Shown: positions 12,301-23,730 of the stretch, one piece after another
How positions within the stretch are numbered: position 1 is the stretch's first letter
Layout of the letters: each line of letters opens with the position of its first letter
Assembly: GCA_016748015.1 (NCBI GenBank)
Contig: JAAOMT010000098.1
Location: forward strand, 201,635-265,634
Length of the DNA stretch: 64,000 bases
Reading direction: 5' to 3'
Source of the DNA: Geosiphon pyriformis uo1
Lineage: Eukaryota; Fungi; Glomeromycota
Notes under the pieces: generated by a model
Database searches by the model: none
The model's input: only the letters and a program-made list of their open reading frames with translations
Told to the model about the DNA's origin: nothing
Made by a program: the position numbers and the translations under genes

Positions 12301-13399
12301 ATGAAAAACTACTAATCAAGTTAAAAAAAAAAAAAACCTATTAGAGAAGCCTATCAAGTCTCATGGACTAACCACAATTACAACAAACTACCACTGATTC
12401 TAACTTAGAAAGAAAAAGGAAGGAAAAAGAGAAAAAGTTAACAACAGCTACTATCTTTACTTATATACTACACACCACCACTTCTTAAACCAATTATTGT
12501 CAACCCAAGCTTATATGTGTTGATTGTGGCAAAAAATTATCTACAATGGGCACATGCTGTAATAACAATAAAAAATGGCAAACTGCAACAAAGTTCTATT
12601 GTCATCTATGCATTTTTGAATACTTTGGATGACCAAAAAGACAAGAAAAATAGAACAACGAACTTTGTTTCACATATAAAATCACTTTACTAAACAAAAA
12701 AATGTGAAATAACATTCTTGGGCAAGGAAAAACATGTGACAAAACGTGCCAATACACAATTTTCATAAACAAGTGGGTGAAAAAAGGGGCTCCAATTGAT
12801 GACACTTAGAAACAAGCACTCAAATGTCTGAAAAATTACCCACATGACAAGTACAAGATCTGGAGAATGGTGAGTGCTAAAGTTGAAAGTGCTACATTCA
12901 GTGAACTGCTAGAAATTAAAAACAATCATCTTTCTCTTCCAAAACCCGAATATATTCTTACTTTTGATATCTTTAATAACATTGAAAACAATTCAAAGCT
13001 TTTCCATGAACATTATTAGCACCTAGCATCCACTTAAAAAGAACAGAAGCAGCATTTAAAACAGCTAAACACTTGACTTTGTCAATACTTTTTAATTCTT
13101 TATGACTTTTAATATTGTAATGAGTATGACTTCATTTATAATTTACCACCATACATAATTTACACAATCCCAAAAGAAGAAGAACCAATCAGTAGCTGTG
13201 CATTGGAATCAGAATCAATTTTCAATTCTGATTCTAGCTCCAACAATGATGACAACAATAACAATGGTTCTAGCTTTGTTTAATATGGCAACCAAAATAA
13301 CAACAATTCAAATTCCAATTCAAACCCTGAATAATACATCACACTCTCTGATCTTATTTAGAAGCAGGAACTAAAATAGTTTAGTGATAATAATGAAGA

Positions 13400-13800
13400 T
13401 ATTATGCCAAAATGTGCACATAATACTGATGCTGGGTTTGATCTAAGATATCCAGGAAAGAATGTCATCAAATTGGAACCACATTTGTGTACATGCATTG
13501 ATCTAAAAGTAGTACTAGAAATTTCAGCAACAACAATGGTTTAGTTAGCATCTAAAGATAGTTTAGTGAAAAAAAGGATTAACATCAAAGAAGAAATAAT
13601 TGATGCAGAATATGTGGAAAATATCATTGCAATGCTACAAAATGATTCAGAAAAAACCTATATTATAAAGCCAAATAAAAAGATAGCACAGACAATATTC
13701 TTGCTTCTGGTTAAAATAGCTCAGTTAGTATTAGTGAAAAACCAAGAAGAATTAAGGATTACAGCTAAAAGAATTAGTGGATTTGGATCAACAAGGAGAA
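13400..13800 (+). pseudogene. A1 dUTPase domain within pol
   Basis: Motif I DAGFDL, II AS(R)SSL (A2: LASRSSL), III IIDAEYVENI, IV KIAQ, V KRISGFGST. Confidence 0.92.
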
Positions 13801-14289
13801 TAAATGTACTAGTTAATATGGCAGAGGAAAAAATAGTTGACAAAAAAGAAATTATCTCCACCTGTCAATTAATTTCTATTCTACTATATGATTAGTACAT
13901 ATTAGTCATAGAGAGAAAAGTAAAAAATCAGGTTCAGATGTTTGAAGCAGAAGCAACACTTTGTAAATCAAGAAAAATTGGATTAATTAATCTACACATA
14001 CCAGCCAAGAATCATAGTTACATTAAAATTTCCATCTACAACAACACAGAAGATATCATCAAGATACTAAAAGGAACTACTATTGGATATTTAACCACCA
14101 AAATCAAAAACCAACTACCAAACCCCATTCCAGATTTTTTACAACTGTGTAGATATGTTAACATAACATTACAAACTATCTATAGATGCAATGAATGTTA
14201 TTTACTCTAACCAGAACAATTGAAACAAATGAACATGAAAAACTTAGACTTACTTCAATGTATGCAACTCAAAATGTTACTTAACAACT

Positions 14290-15600
14290 TCACCAACATT
14301 TTTGCAAGTGAAAACAAGTTTGGCAAAACTGACATAATCCAGCATCAGATCAAGACTAAAGATACAATGCCAATTAAACAAAGAGCATATTGAGTACCAC
14401 CTGTTAGCCATGAAATCATTTGTCAAAAAATCAATCAAATGCTTGACAATAGGCTAATTCAGCCATCAATGAGCCCATGGTTGTCACCAGTAGTATTAAT
14501 TCATAAAAAAAATGAAAAAATTTGCTTTTGTGTAGATTACAGAAAACTCAATAGTATAACTTGTAGAGACAATTATTCAATTCCATGAATTCAAAAATTA
14601 TTCAACACTTTTGGAGAAAAGAAATAGTTTTTGATATTAAATTTAGATAGTGGTTACTGGCAAATAGCCATGAATTCAAAAGATAAAGAGAAGATGGCAT
14701 TTATCACAAGAGAAGGGAATTTTGAATTTGAAGTGATGTCATTTGGCTTAATCAATGCACTGGCCACATTCCAATGACTAATAAAAATTGTTTATACCAG
14801 ACTATTATGGAAATCAATGTGTTCTCAAAAACATTTGATGATCATTTCCATCATCTCCAGCAAGTGTTTGAAAGACTGAAAAGAGCAGAATTGAAACTAA
14901 ATACAACCAAGTGTTTCTTTAGCAAGACAGAACTCAAGTTTTTGGGATATGTTATAAGCAAAGAGGGCATTAAAACAGATCCAGATAAAATTAAAGTAGT
15001 AAAGTCTTTTTCAGTATTCACCAACCTGACCAAGCTAAGAGTGTTTTTAGAATTTACAAGATACTATTGTCACTTCATTAAAAACTTTTTCAAATTAGTG
15101 CAATTACTGCATCATTTACAAACCAAGAATGTTAAATATAAATAGACTAAAACACAATAAGAAGCTTTTAACACACTAAGAAGAAAGCTTATTCAAGCTT
15201 CAGTACTAATCTATCCAGATCATAGCAAACTATTCATCATTACCACTGATGGATCAAGTCAAGTATTGAGAGCAGTATTATTACAAAAAAAACCGAATGG
15301 AAGAAAACATCCAGTAACATATGCCAGCCAAAGCCTAATGCCAGCCAAAAAAAACTATAAAACACCAGCACTAGAACACTTAGTAATTTATTGGGCTATC
15401 ATAAAATAGAAGAAATACTTAAGCCAGAAATTTGAGGTACACACTAATCACAAAAGATTGACTTCAATTTAGAAGCAAAAATTTGAAGATGATTAATATA
15501 TGAAATAGAAAATAGCACTTTCACCATATAATTTTACAGTACACTATAAAAAAGAAAAAGAAAATGGAAATACTGATGGTTTGTTGCGAATGAAACAAAT
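14290..15600 (+). pseudogene. pol: A1 reverse transcriptase and RNase H
   Basis: SPWLSPVVL, FCVDYRKLN, SGYWQI, VMSFGLINA, LKLNTTKCFF, TTDGS, HPVTYAS, TNHK. The YLDD segment is deleted in this copy (~14810). Confidence 0.92.
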
Positions 15601-15849
15601 CTGAATATTTTAATCCAAAAATATAATAAAATTTAAACAGTTGAAAACAAAAATATAACAAAAGATAAATACACCAAAATATTAATAACTTCAGCATTAT
15701 ATAAATACTCAACAGTTTAAGAAAAAATTATCTCAAAAGAAACAAAACAACATAAAACAACAATTAAAATATTTTATCTATCATCAAAATATACTTTACC
15801 AAAAGAACAAAAAAAATCCAAATTAACCAATTAAAGTAATTACAGAGCC

Positions 15850-17020
15850 GAAAAAAGAGACAATATTGTTCAATATGTACTCAAATTTAATAATAGGGTA
15901 TTTTCATAAAAAAGCAACAATAAAAAGAACCAGAAAAAGATACTATTGGCTATCAATGTATCCAGACATCATTCAATATATTCAAAATTGTGATACTTGT
16001 CAGAGAAGAGAAGAAACAAAACCAAGTAAACCATTAAGACCAATCAAAGTAGGACAATTATTTGATTATATTGGAATTGACTTAGTTGGACTATTAACAA
16101 TAACCAACAGAGAAAACAGATATATTGCAGTAGTCATAGATTATCTCACTAAGTGGCCAGAAGCAAAAGCCATTCAAAGAGCAGATACAGAATTTGTTGC
16201 CAAATTTATTTATCAAGATTTAATCTGTCAACATAAATGTTTAAAAAAATTGTTATCTAATCAAAGAACTCACTTTGTAAATAGAACATTAGCAGAATTA
16301 AGTCAAAAATTTGGAATTAAAAGACCATTATTATCACCATACTATCTGCAAACAAATGGATTAGTTAAAAGATTTAACAAAACATTGTGTGAAGCAATTG
16401 CCAAAATCAGTTAAAAAAATCAAGACAAATGGGATTTGTTTATAATATTAGTATTATTTGCTTATTAAACAATAAAACAAAATACTACACAAGCAACACT
16501 ATTTGAATTAGTATACAGTAGAACAGCAATATTACTAGTTAAGATAGAAATCAATACATATTCAATAGAACCAATAACAGAAAAGAATTTCCAAGAAACA
16601 TTGTTAAAAAAAACATATAACTTGATGAAAACACTAAAAAACAAATGATAAAGAGCAGCTAATAACATTCAGAAGTCACAAGAAAAACAAAAAGACAGAC
16701 ATAATAACCAACTACTAGATAAACCAGTTGAATTTAAAATTGAAGACAAAGTACTTTTACATTGTATTAAAGCAGAAAAACAATAAAGTGGAAAATTTAA
16801 CTCCAAATGAGATGGACCATTTCACATAAAAAAAATTCTAACAACAAAATTTTAGCCAAAGCAACATATAGAGATCAACTGAAACCATATTATTATATAG
16901 TATTATTATCTACCAGTAATATTTCACAATTAAGAGTACAAAGAATATTAGTCTAACCAGATAAAATTTTATGAAATCTAGAACCAATTATTATCATCAA
17001 CACCAACACATCAAATTAAA
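15850..17020 (+). pseudogene. A1 integrase (HHCC, DDE core, GPF motif)
   Basis: ORF 15866-16414 RYYW..CDTCQ..IGIDLVG..DYLTKWPEA..QTNGLVKRFN; (W)DGPF at ~16810; no chromodomain seen. Confidence 0.92.
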
Positions 17021-17701
17021 CAACTAAAAGAATATAAAAACATAGTAGATGCAACAAAAGACAACAAAAAAATGGAAATTATTGATAATATCTACTTACT
17101 AACACAACAATTCTTTCAATTAATCCAACAACAAGAGATGGAAATTACAATTAATCAACAAATCATTAGATACAAAAACACCAAAAAAAAACCACAAGAT
17201 AAAGTATAGAAAAAAACAAAAAACACTATTGACAAAATAATGACAAAAATAAAATTGGTAATAGAAGTACAACCAAAAGTCACCCAATATCAAGAGTTAA
17301 TAATAGAAATATAGAATTGGTGGACATAACAATTTTTAAAAAACTTTTGTTATTTCTATTTAGGACAACATCTGAATATTCAGAACTTATATACAGATAA
17401 GACAAAATGATTATTTGACTCAAAAATATTATAACAACTTAAACAATTTATGAGAAAAAACAATCTAACAACACAAACAAGAGCCATCTATTAATTACAT
17501 ACTGGATTTCAAAACCAACCCAAAATACTACTTAACCCAGCAATAAACACTATTACTGTTAACCAAATAGAAAAAATAACCAATGTTCAATTTGAAGAAT
17601 TACAAAACAAAATAAAACAAGTAATTCTTGAAAAAAAAGTTTAAGAAATACTCAAAAATAGAGAGTTAGAATTAAGAGATCTTGACAGAGCTTAATATTA
17701 A
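17005..17701 (+). pseudogene. A1 ORF3 of unknown function between integrase and PPT
   Basis: QQFFQLIQQQEMEITINQQIIRYK..FYLGQHL..TITVNQIEKITNVQFEELQNKI. Homologs occur in A2, A3 and family B. Confidence 0.75.
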
Positions 17702-17714
17702 AAGAAGGAAATAA

Positions 17715-18477
17715 TATTACTCTTAGAATATAAGAAGTATATTAGCATATAAATTAGCCAATCAGAAATAGATATAGTAAATGTAGAATTCCAGAATTCT
17801 TCTTAAAGAAATTGCAGGATTTCAGAAATTCTAAGATTTTTGGTATAAAGAATTGAAAAATTGAAGAATCTTAATTATGTATATATAGCAATAGCATTAT
17901 AAGTAGAAAAAACAGATTTCTCAGTTTAGATTTTATTTAAGCACTTTTCCAATTCACAAATATCAATAAATAATTATTTACTATCTCAATCTACTTTCTA
18001 CTATTAACATTTCATGTTAATAATAGCTGCTACTTAACTACACTGAAACAATAGCTCTTGATTATAACTATTAATAGAATATTAACATTCATTGCCTTGG
18101 CTTATTTCTTTCTTTTCTTTTATTTATTTTTTTTTTGTTATTTTTTGTTGTTGACTAATTGATTAAAGATTAAAGTACTAAGTTATTGATATCAAGAATT
18201 GCCTGGTAAAAGACCTCTGCAAGTAAGTAGAACATATAAAAAATACGGATTGCTTACCAGAGAATTGTCAGCCACCAAGCCAAAAAAAAATTAATGGAAT
18301 TGTGATTTTAACAGACTATGGAAAACAACCATTGAATTTCTGTTCATTATACAAAAGACTGAACCAAAATCTTCAAATACAAACAACCTTCAAATATTAT
18401 CACTATTATTATATCAATTGAACACCAAATTATGGATTTAGTATTTGATTTAAGATTCCAAATAATCATCTGTAACA
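17715..18477 (+). repeat. A1 3' LTR, preceded by PPT AAAAGAAGGAAATAA
   Basis: TATTACTCTTAGAAT...CTGTAACA. Confidence 0.93.
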
Positions 18478-18690
18478 ATATAATGAAAAGCACATATTTG
18501 AGTTATCAAGTGTAAAGTTTCGTTTCTAAATCATAAAAAATTTTTATAAACATGAAATATTAGAGCATTTTTACTGGATTAATTTTATATGCATGCTTCT
18601 TTTCTACAGAGCATGAAACAAATAGTTTCAAGAGAATTTTTAGAATTTGCTAGCTAATTACTAAAATTGAAAATTCTACAAGTATTATGC

Positions 18691-19550
18691 TGTTACAAGT
18701 AATTATTTAGAGTCTCAAATCAAATAACAAACTCATAACTTGGTGCTTAATTGATATAGTAATATTGCTTTCTGAAAGTTTTTGTAATCTAAAGGTTTTG
18801 GTTGAGTTTTTTGTATAATGGACAAAGATTTACTATGGTTGGTTTTGGTTGATTTTTCAAGTCATTTTTCTAATTTCTGTTTTTAATATAGTGGCTGGTT
18901 TAATTTGGCAGTTATGTCTTTCTGATAAGTTATCTGTTAATATATATATGTAATTCTACCCTTATTTCTGGGTTTTTTATCAGGCTATCTATGATGTTAA
19001 TAACTCAGCATTTTACTCCTTTAATTAATTAATACACAACAAAAAAATTAACAAAAAAAAATAAAAAAAATAAAAAAATAAGCCAAGACAATAAATGTTA
19101 GTATTTTGTCAATAGCTGTGATCAAGAGCTATTGTTCTAATATGATTAAATATCAATTTTTATCAACATAAAGTGTTAATAGTAGAGAGTGGATATTTAG
19201 ATAGTGAATAGTTATTTATTAATATTTGTAATATAGAAAGTTGCTTAGATCAAATCTAAACTAAGAGATCTGTCTTTTTTACTTTTAATGCTACTGCTAT
19301 ATATACATAATTGAGATTCCTCAATTCTTTAATTCTTAATACCAGAAATCTTGGAATTCTTGGAATCCTGTAATTTTTTTTGAAAAGAAGTATGAAATTC
19401 TGGAATCCTGTGATTCTTTGTATAAGAATCCTGAAATTCCTGAAATTCTGCAATTTCTCTAAAAAGAATCCTGAAATTTCACATTTACTATGTCTACTTC
19501 TGATTGGCTAATTTATGTGCTAATATATTTCTTATATTCTATGAGTAACA
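18691..19550 (-). repeat. A2 3' LTR
   Basis: TGTTACAAG...GAGTAACA, with the reverse-complement PPT TTATTTCCTTCTTTT at 19551. Confidence 0.92.
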
Positions 19551-22500
19551 TTATTTCCTTCTTTTTAATATTGAGTTCCATCAAGATCTCTTAATTCTAA
19601 TTTTCTGGTTTTGAATATTTCTTGAACTTTTTTTTCGAGAATTACTTGTGTTATCTTGTTCTGTAATTTCTCAAATTGGGCATTGATTATTTTTCCCATT
19701 TGGTTAATGGTAATAGAATCTATTGCTAAATTGAACAAGATTTCTGGTTGGTCTTAAAATCTAGTGTATAACCAATAAATGGCTCTTGCTTATGTAATCA
19801 AATTGTTCTAGTTGTTGCAGTATTGTTGTGTCAAATAATTGTTTTGTTTTATCTGTATATAAATTCTGAATATTTAAGTATTGTCCCAAGTAGAAGTAAC
19901 AAAAGTTTCTTGAAAATTGTTGTATCCTCTAATTCCAAGTTTTTATAGTCAATTCTTGATATGGAGTAATATTTGTTGGCTCTTCTATTGCCAATTTTAC
20001 TTTTAGAATTATTTTGTTGATAGTGCTTTCTGGTTTCTTTTGTACTTTGTATTGGCATATTTTTCTAGTATTTTGGTATCAAATAGTTTGTTGGTTGATA
20101 GTAATTTCCATATTCTGTTGTTGAATCAGTTAAAAGAGTTGTTGTGCCAGTGTGTATATGTTGTTAGTAATTTCTATTTTCTTTTTGTTGTCTTTGTCAT
20201 GTATACCATGTTTTTTTATAATATTTTGGTTGTTCAATATGGTTTTAGTCAATTACCATGTGCTGCTTTGATTAAAATTTTGTTGTTCAATCTTAATTTA
20301 TAAGCTCTATTTTCAAGAATTTCTTTTATGTAAAATAGTTTATTCCATTTGGGGTCAAATTTTCTATTCCATTGTTTTTCCGCTTTAGTACAATATAAAT
20401 GTACTTTGTTTCCAATCTTGAATTCAACTGGTTTATCTGGTAGTTGGTTATTGTGTTTTTTTTTTGTTTTTCTTGTGACTTTTAGATGTTATTAGCTGCT
20501 TTTTGTCATTTGTTTTCTAGTGTTTCCATTAAGTCATATGTTCTTTTCAACAATGTTCTTTGAAAATTTTCTTCTGTTATTGATTCTGTTGGATATGTTT
20601 TAACTTCTATCTCAACTGGTAATATTGCTGTTCTACCATATATTAATTCAAATGGTGTTGCTTATATAGTGTCTTGCTTTATTGTTTGGTAAGCAAATAA
20701 TACTGATAGTATAAACAAATCTCATTTGTCCTGGTTTTTTTGGCTGATTTTGGCAATTGCTTCACACAATATTCTGTTAAACCTTTTAATTAACCTATTT
20801 GTTTATGGATAGTATGGTGATGATAATAGTCTTTTTATCCCAAATCTTTGACTTAACTCTGTCAATGTTTTATTCACAAAGTGAGTTTTTTGATCTGATA
20901 ATAGTTCTTTTGGATATCTGTGTCAACAAATCAAATCTTGATAAACGAATTTGGCAATGAATTTTGCATCTGCTCTTTGAATGGCTTTTGCTTCTGGCCA
21001 TTTTGTGAGATAGTTTATGACTACTGCAATATATCTGTTGTCTCTGCTAGTTATAATTAATAATCTGACTAAGTTAATTCCGATGTAATTAAATAGCTGT
21101 CTTACTTTAATTGGTCTTAATGGCTTACTGAGTTTTGTTCCTCCTCTTCTCTGACAAGCATTACAATTTTAAACATATTAGATGATGTCTGGATATATAG
21201 ATGGCCAATAATATTTTTTTCTGGTTTTTTCTATAGTTGTTTCTTTGTGAAAATGTTCTGTTCTTGGATCTGAGTGCATGTTGAACAATATTGTTTCTTT
21301 TTTTGGTTCTGTAATTACTCTGATTGGTTGATCTAAATTTTTTTTGTTTTTTCAGTAAAGTATATTTTGAGAGTTGATAAAATATTTTGATTGTTATTTT
21401 ATGTTGTTCTTTTTGAGATAATTTTTTCTTGAACAATTGGGTATTTATATAATGTTGAAGTTGTTGGTATTTTTGTATATTTATTTTTTGTTATATTTTT
21501 GGGTTGAAATGTTTTTAGATTTGTCTTATTTGTAACAAGCTGTTAGTATTTCCATTTTTTTTTTTTTTGTAATGTATTGTATAATTAAATAGTAAAAGTT
21601 TTATTTTTTATTTAACATGATAATCATCTCCAAATTTTTGCTTCTGGATTGAAGTCAATTCTTTATGATCAGTATACACATCAAATTTTTGGCTCAAGTA
21701 TTTTTTTTTTATTTCAAGACTGCTTAATAAATTGCTAAGTATTCTAGTGCTGGAGTTCTATAGTTCTTTTTAGCTGAACTTAAGCTTCTGTTGGCATAAG
21801 TTACTGGGTGTTTTTGTTTATTTGGTCTTTTTTGTAATAGTACAGCTCCTAATGCTTAACCAGATATATTAGTAGTAATGATAAATGGTTTGCTGTGATC
21901 TGGATAAATTAATACTGGAGCTTAAATAAGTTTTTTTTTTAATGTGTTAAAAGCTTTTTGTTGAGTTTCAGTTCATTTATATTTGGTGTTTTTTGTTTGA
22001 AGTTTGTGTAATAGTTGAGCTATTTTGAAAAAATCTTTGATAAAACATCAGTAGTATTCAACAAATCCCAAGAATGTTTTTAATTCCATGAGATTATTTG
22101 GTATTAGAAAGTTTTTAACAATCTTAATCTTATCTAGATCTGTTTTGATACCATCTTTGCTTACAATATGTCCTAAGAACTTGAGTTCAGTTTTTTCAAA
22201 GAAACACTTGGTTGTATTTAATTTTAATCTGGCTCTTCTTAATCTTTCAAATACTTGTTAAAGATAGTGTAAATGATCATCAAATGTTTTGGAGAACACA
22301 TTGGTATTATTCAGATATATGACTACTAATTTCTATAGCAGTCCAGTATAGACAATTTTCATGAGTCATTGAAATATGGCTGGAGCATTTATTAAACTAA
22401 ATAGCATAACTTCAAATTCGAAATTTCTTTTTCAAGTCATAAAAGCTGTTTTCTTTTTGTCTTCTGATTTTATGGCTACTTGCTAATAACTACTGTCTAA

Positions 22501-23339
22501 ATCTAAAGTTGAGAACCATTTTTTTCCTTCAAAAGCATTGAACAGTTTTTAAAACTTTGGAGTTGGGTAGCTATCTCCTTTTGTTACTCCATTCAGTTTC
22601 TGGATAATTTACACAAAAGTAAATTTTTTATTCTTTTTATAGACTAATACCACTGGTAATGACTATGAGCTCATTAATAGTTGAATTAATCTGTTGTCAA
22701 GCATCTGATTGATTTCTTAACAAATGATTTTATGGTTGACTAGTGGTATTTGATATGCTTTTTGTTTGATTAACATTATATTTCCAGTCTTAATCTGGTG
22801 TTGAATTATGTTAGTTCTGCTGAATTCATTTTTACTGGCAAAAATGTCATTGAAATTGTTGAGTAATATCTTAAGCTACATATATTGTAGTGAATCTAGA
22901 TTTTCTAAGTTTATCTGTTCTAATTGTTTTGGTTGGAACAAATAACATTCTTCTCATCTATATATTGTTTAAGATGTAATATCTACATATCTGCACAGTT
23001 GTGGAAAATCTGGAATGGTGTTTAGCAGTTGATCTTAAATTTCAGTGATTAAATATCCAATGATAATTTTTTTTGGTATCTTGATGATGTCTTCTATGTT
23101 GTTGTAAATGAGAATTTTGATATAACAGTGGTTTTTAGCTAATATGTATAGATTAACTAATTCGATTTTTCTTGATTCACAAAGTGTTGCTTCTGCCTCA
23201 AAAATCTGAATCTAATTCTTTAATTTTCTTTTTATGGTTACTATGTACTGGTCATATGGTAGAATAGAAATTAATTAACAAGTGGAAATAATTTCTTTCT
23301 TGTTAACAGTTTTTTTCTTTGTTATATTAACTAATACAT

Positions 23340-23730
23340 CTATTCTACCTATAGATCTGAATCCCTGTATTTTTTTAACTGTAATCCCTAATTCTTCCCT
23401 GTTTCCCACTGATACTAATTGACCTATTTTAACCAGAGGCAAGAATATTGTCTGTGTTATTTTTTCATTTGGCTTTATGATATAGGTTTTTTCTAAGTTA
23501 TTTTGTAGCATTATAATAATATTTTCTACATATCTTGTGTCAATTATCTCTCCTTTAATGTTGATTTTTTTTTTCACTAAGCTACTTCTAGATGCTAATT
23601 GAACCATTGTTGTTGCTAAAATTTCTAGTACTACTTTCAAATCAATGCATGTGCATGAATGTGGTTCCAATTTAATGATTTTTTTCTTTGAATATCTTAG
23701 ATCAAACCCTGTATTAGTATTATGTGCTTG
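23340..23730 (-). pseudogene. A2 dUTPase domain
   Basis: AHNTNTGFDL..LASRSSL..GEIIDTRYVENI..EKITQ..IQGFRSIG in ORF 23275-24051. Confidence 0.9.

Larger units (their letters stand above)
8913..18477 (+). mobile_element. Full-length decayed Ty3/Gypsy LTR retrotransposon A1 with dUTPase and ORF3
   Basis: LTRs at 8913-9529 and 17715-18477, TSD ACAT/ATAT, PBS and PPT present, domain order PR-RT-RH-IN. Confidence 0.95.

Noticed and set aside
9530-17701. Alternative genetic code (TAA/TAG read as Gln) explaining the in-frame stops
   Set aside because: The stops differ among copies, replace Q, R and W alike, and come with pervasive C>T/G>A missense changes.
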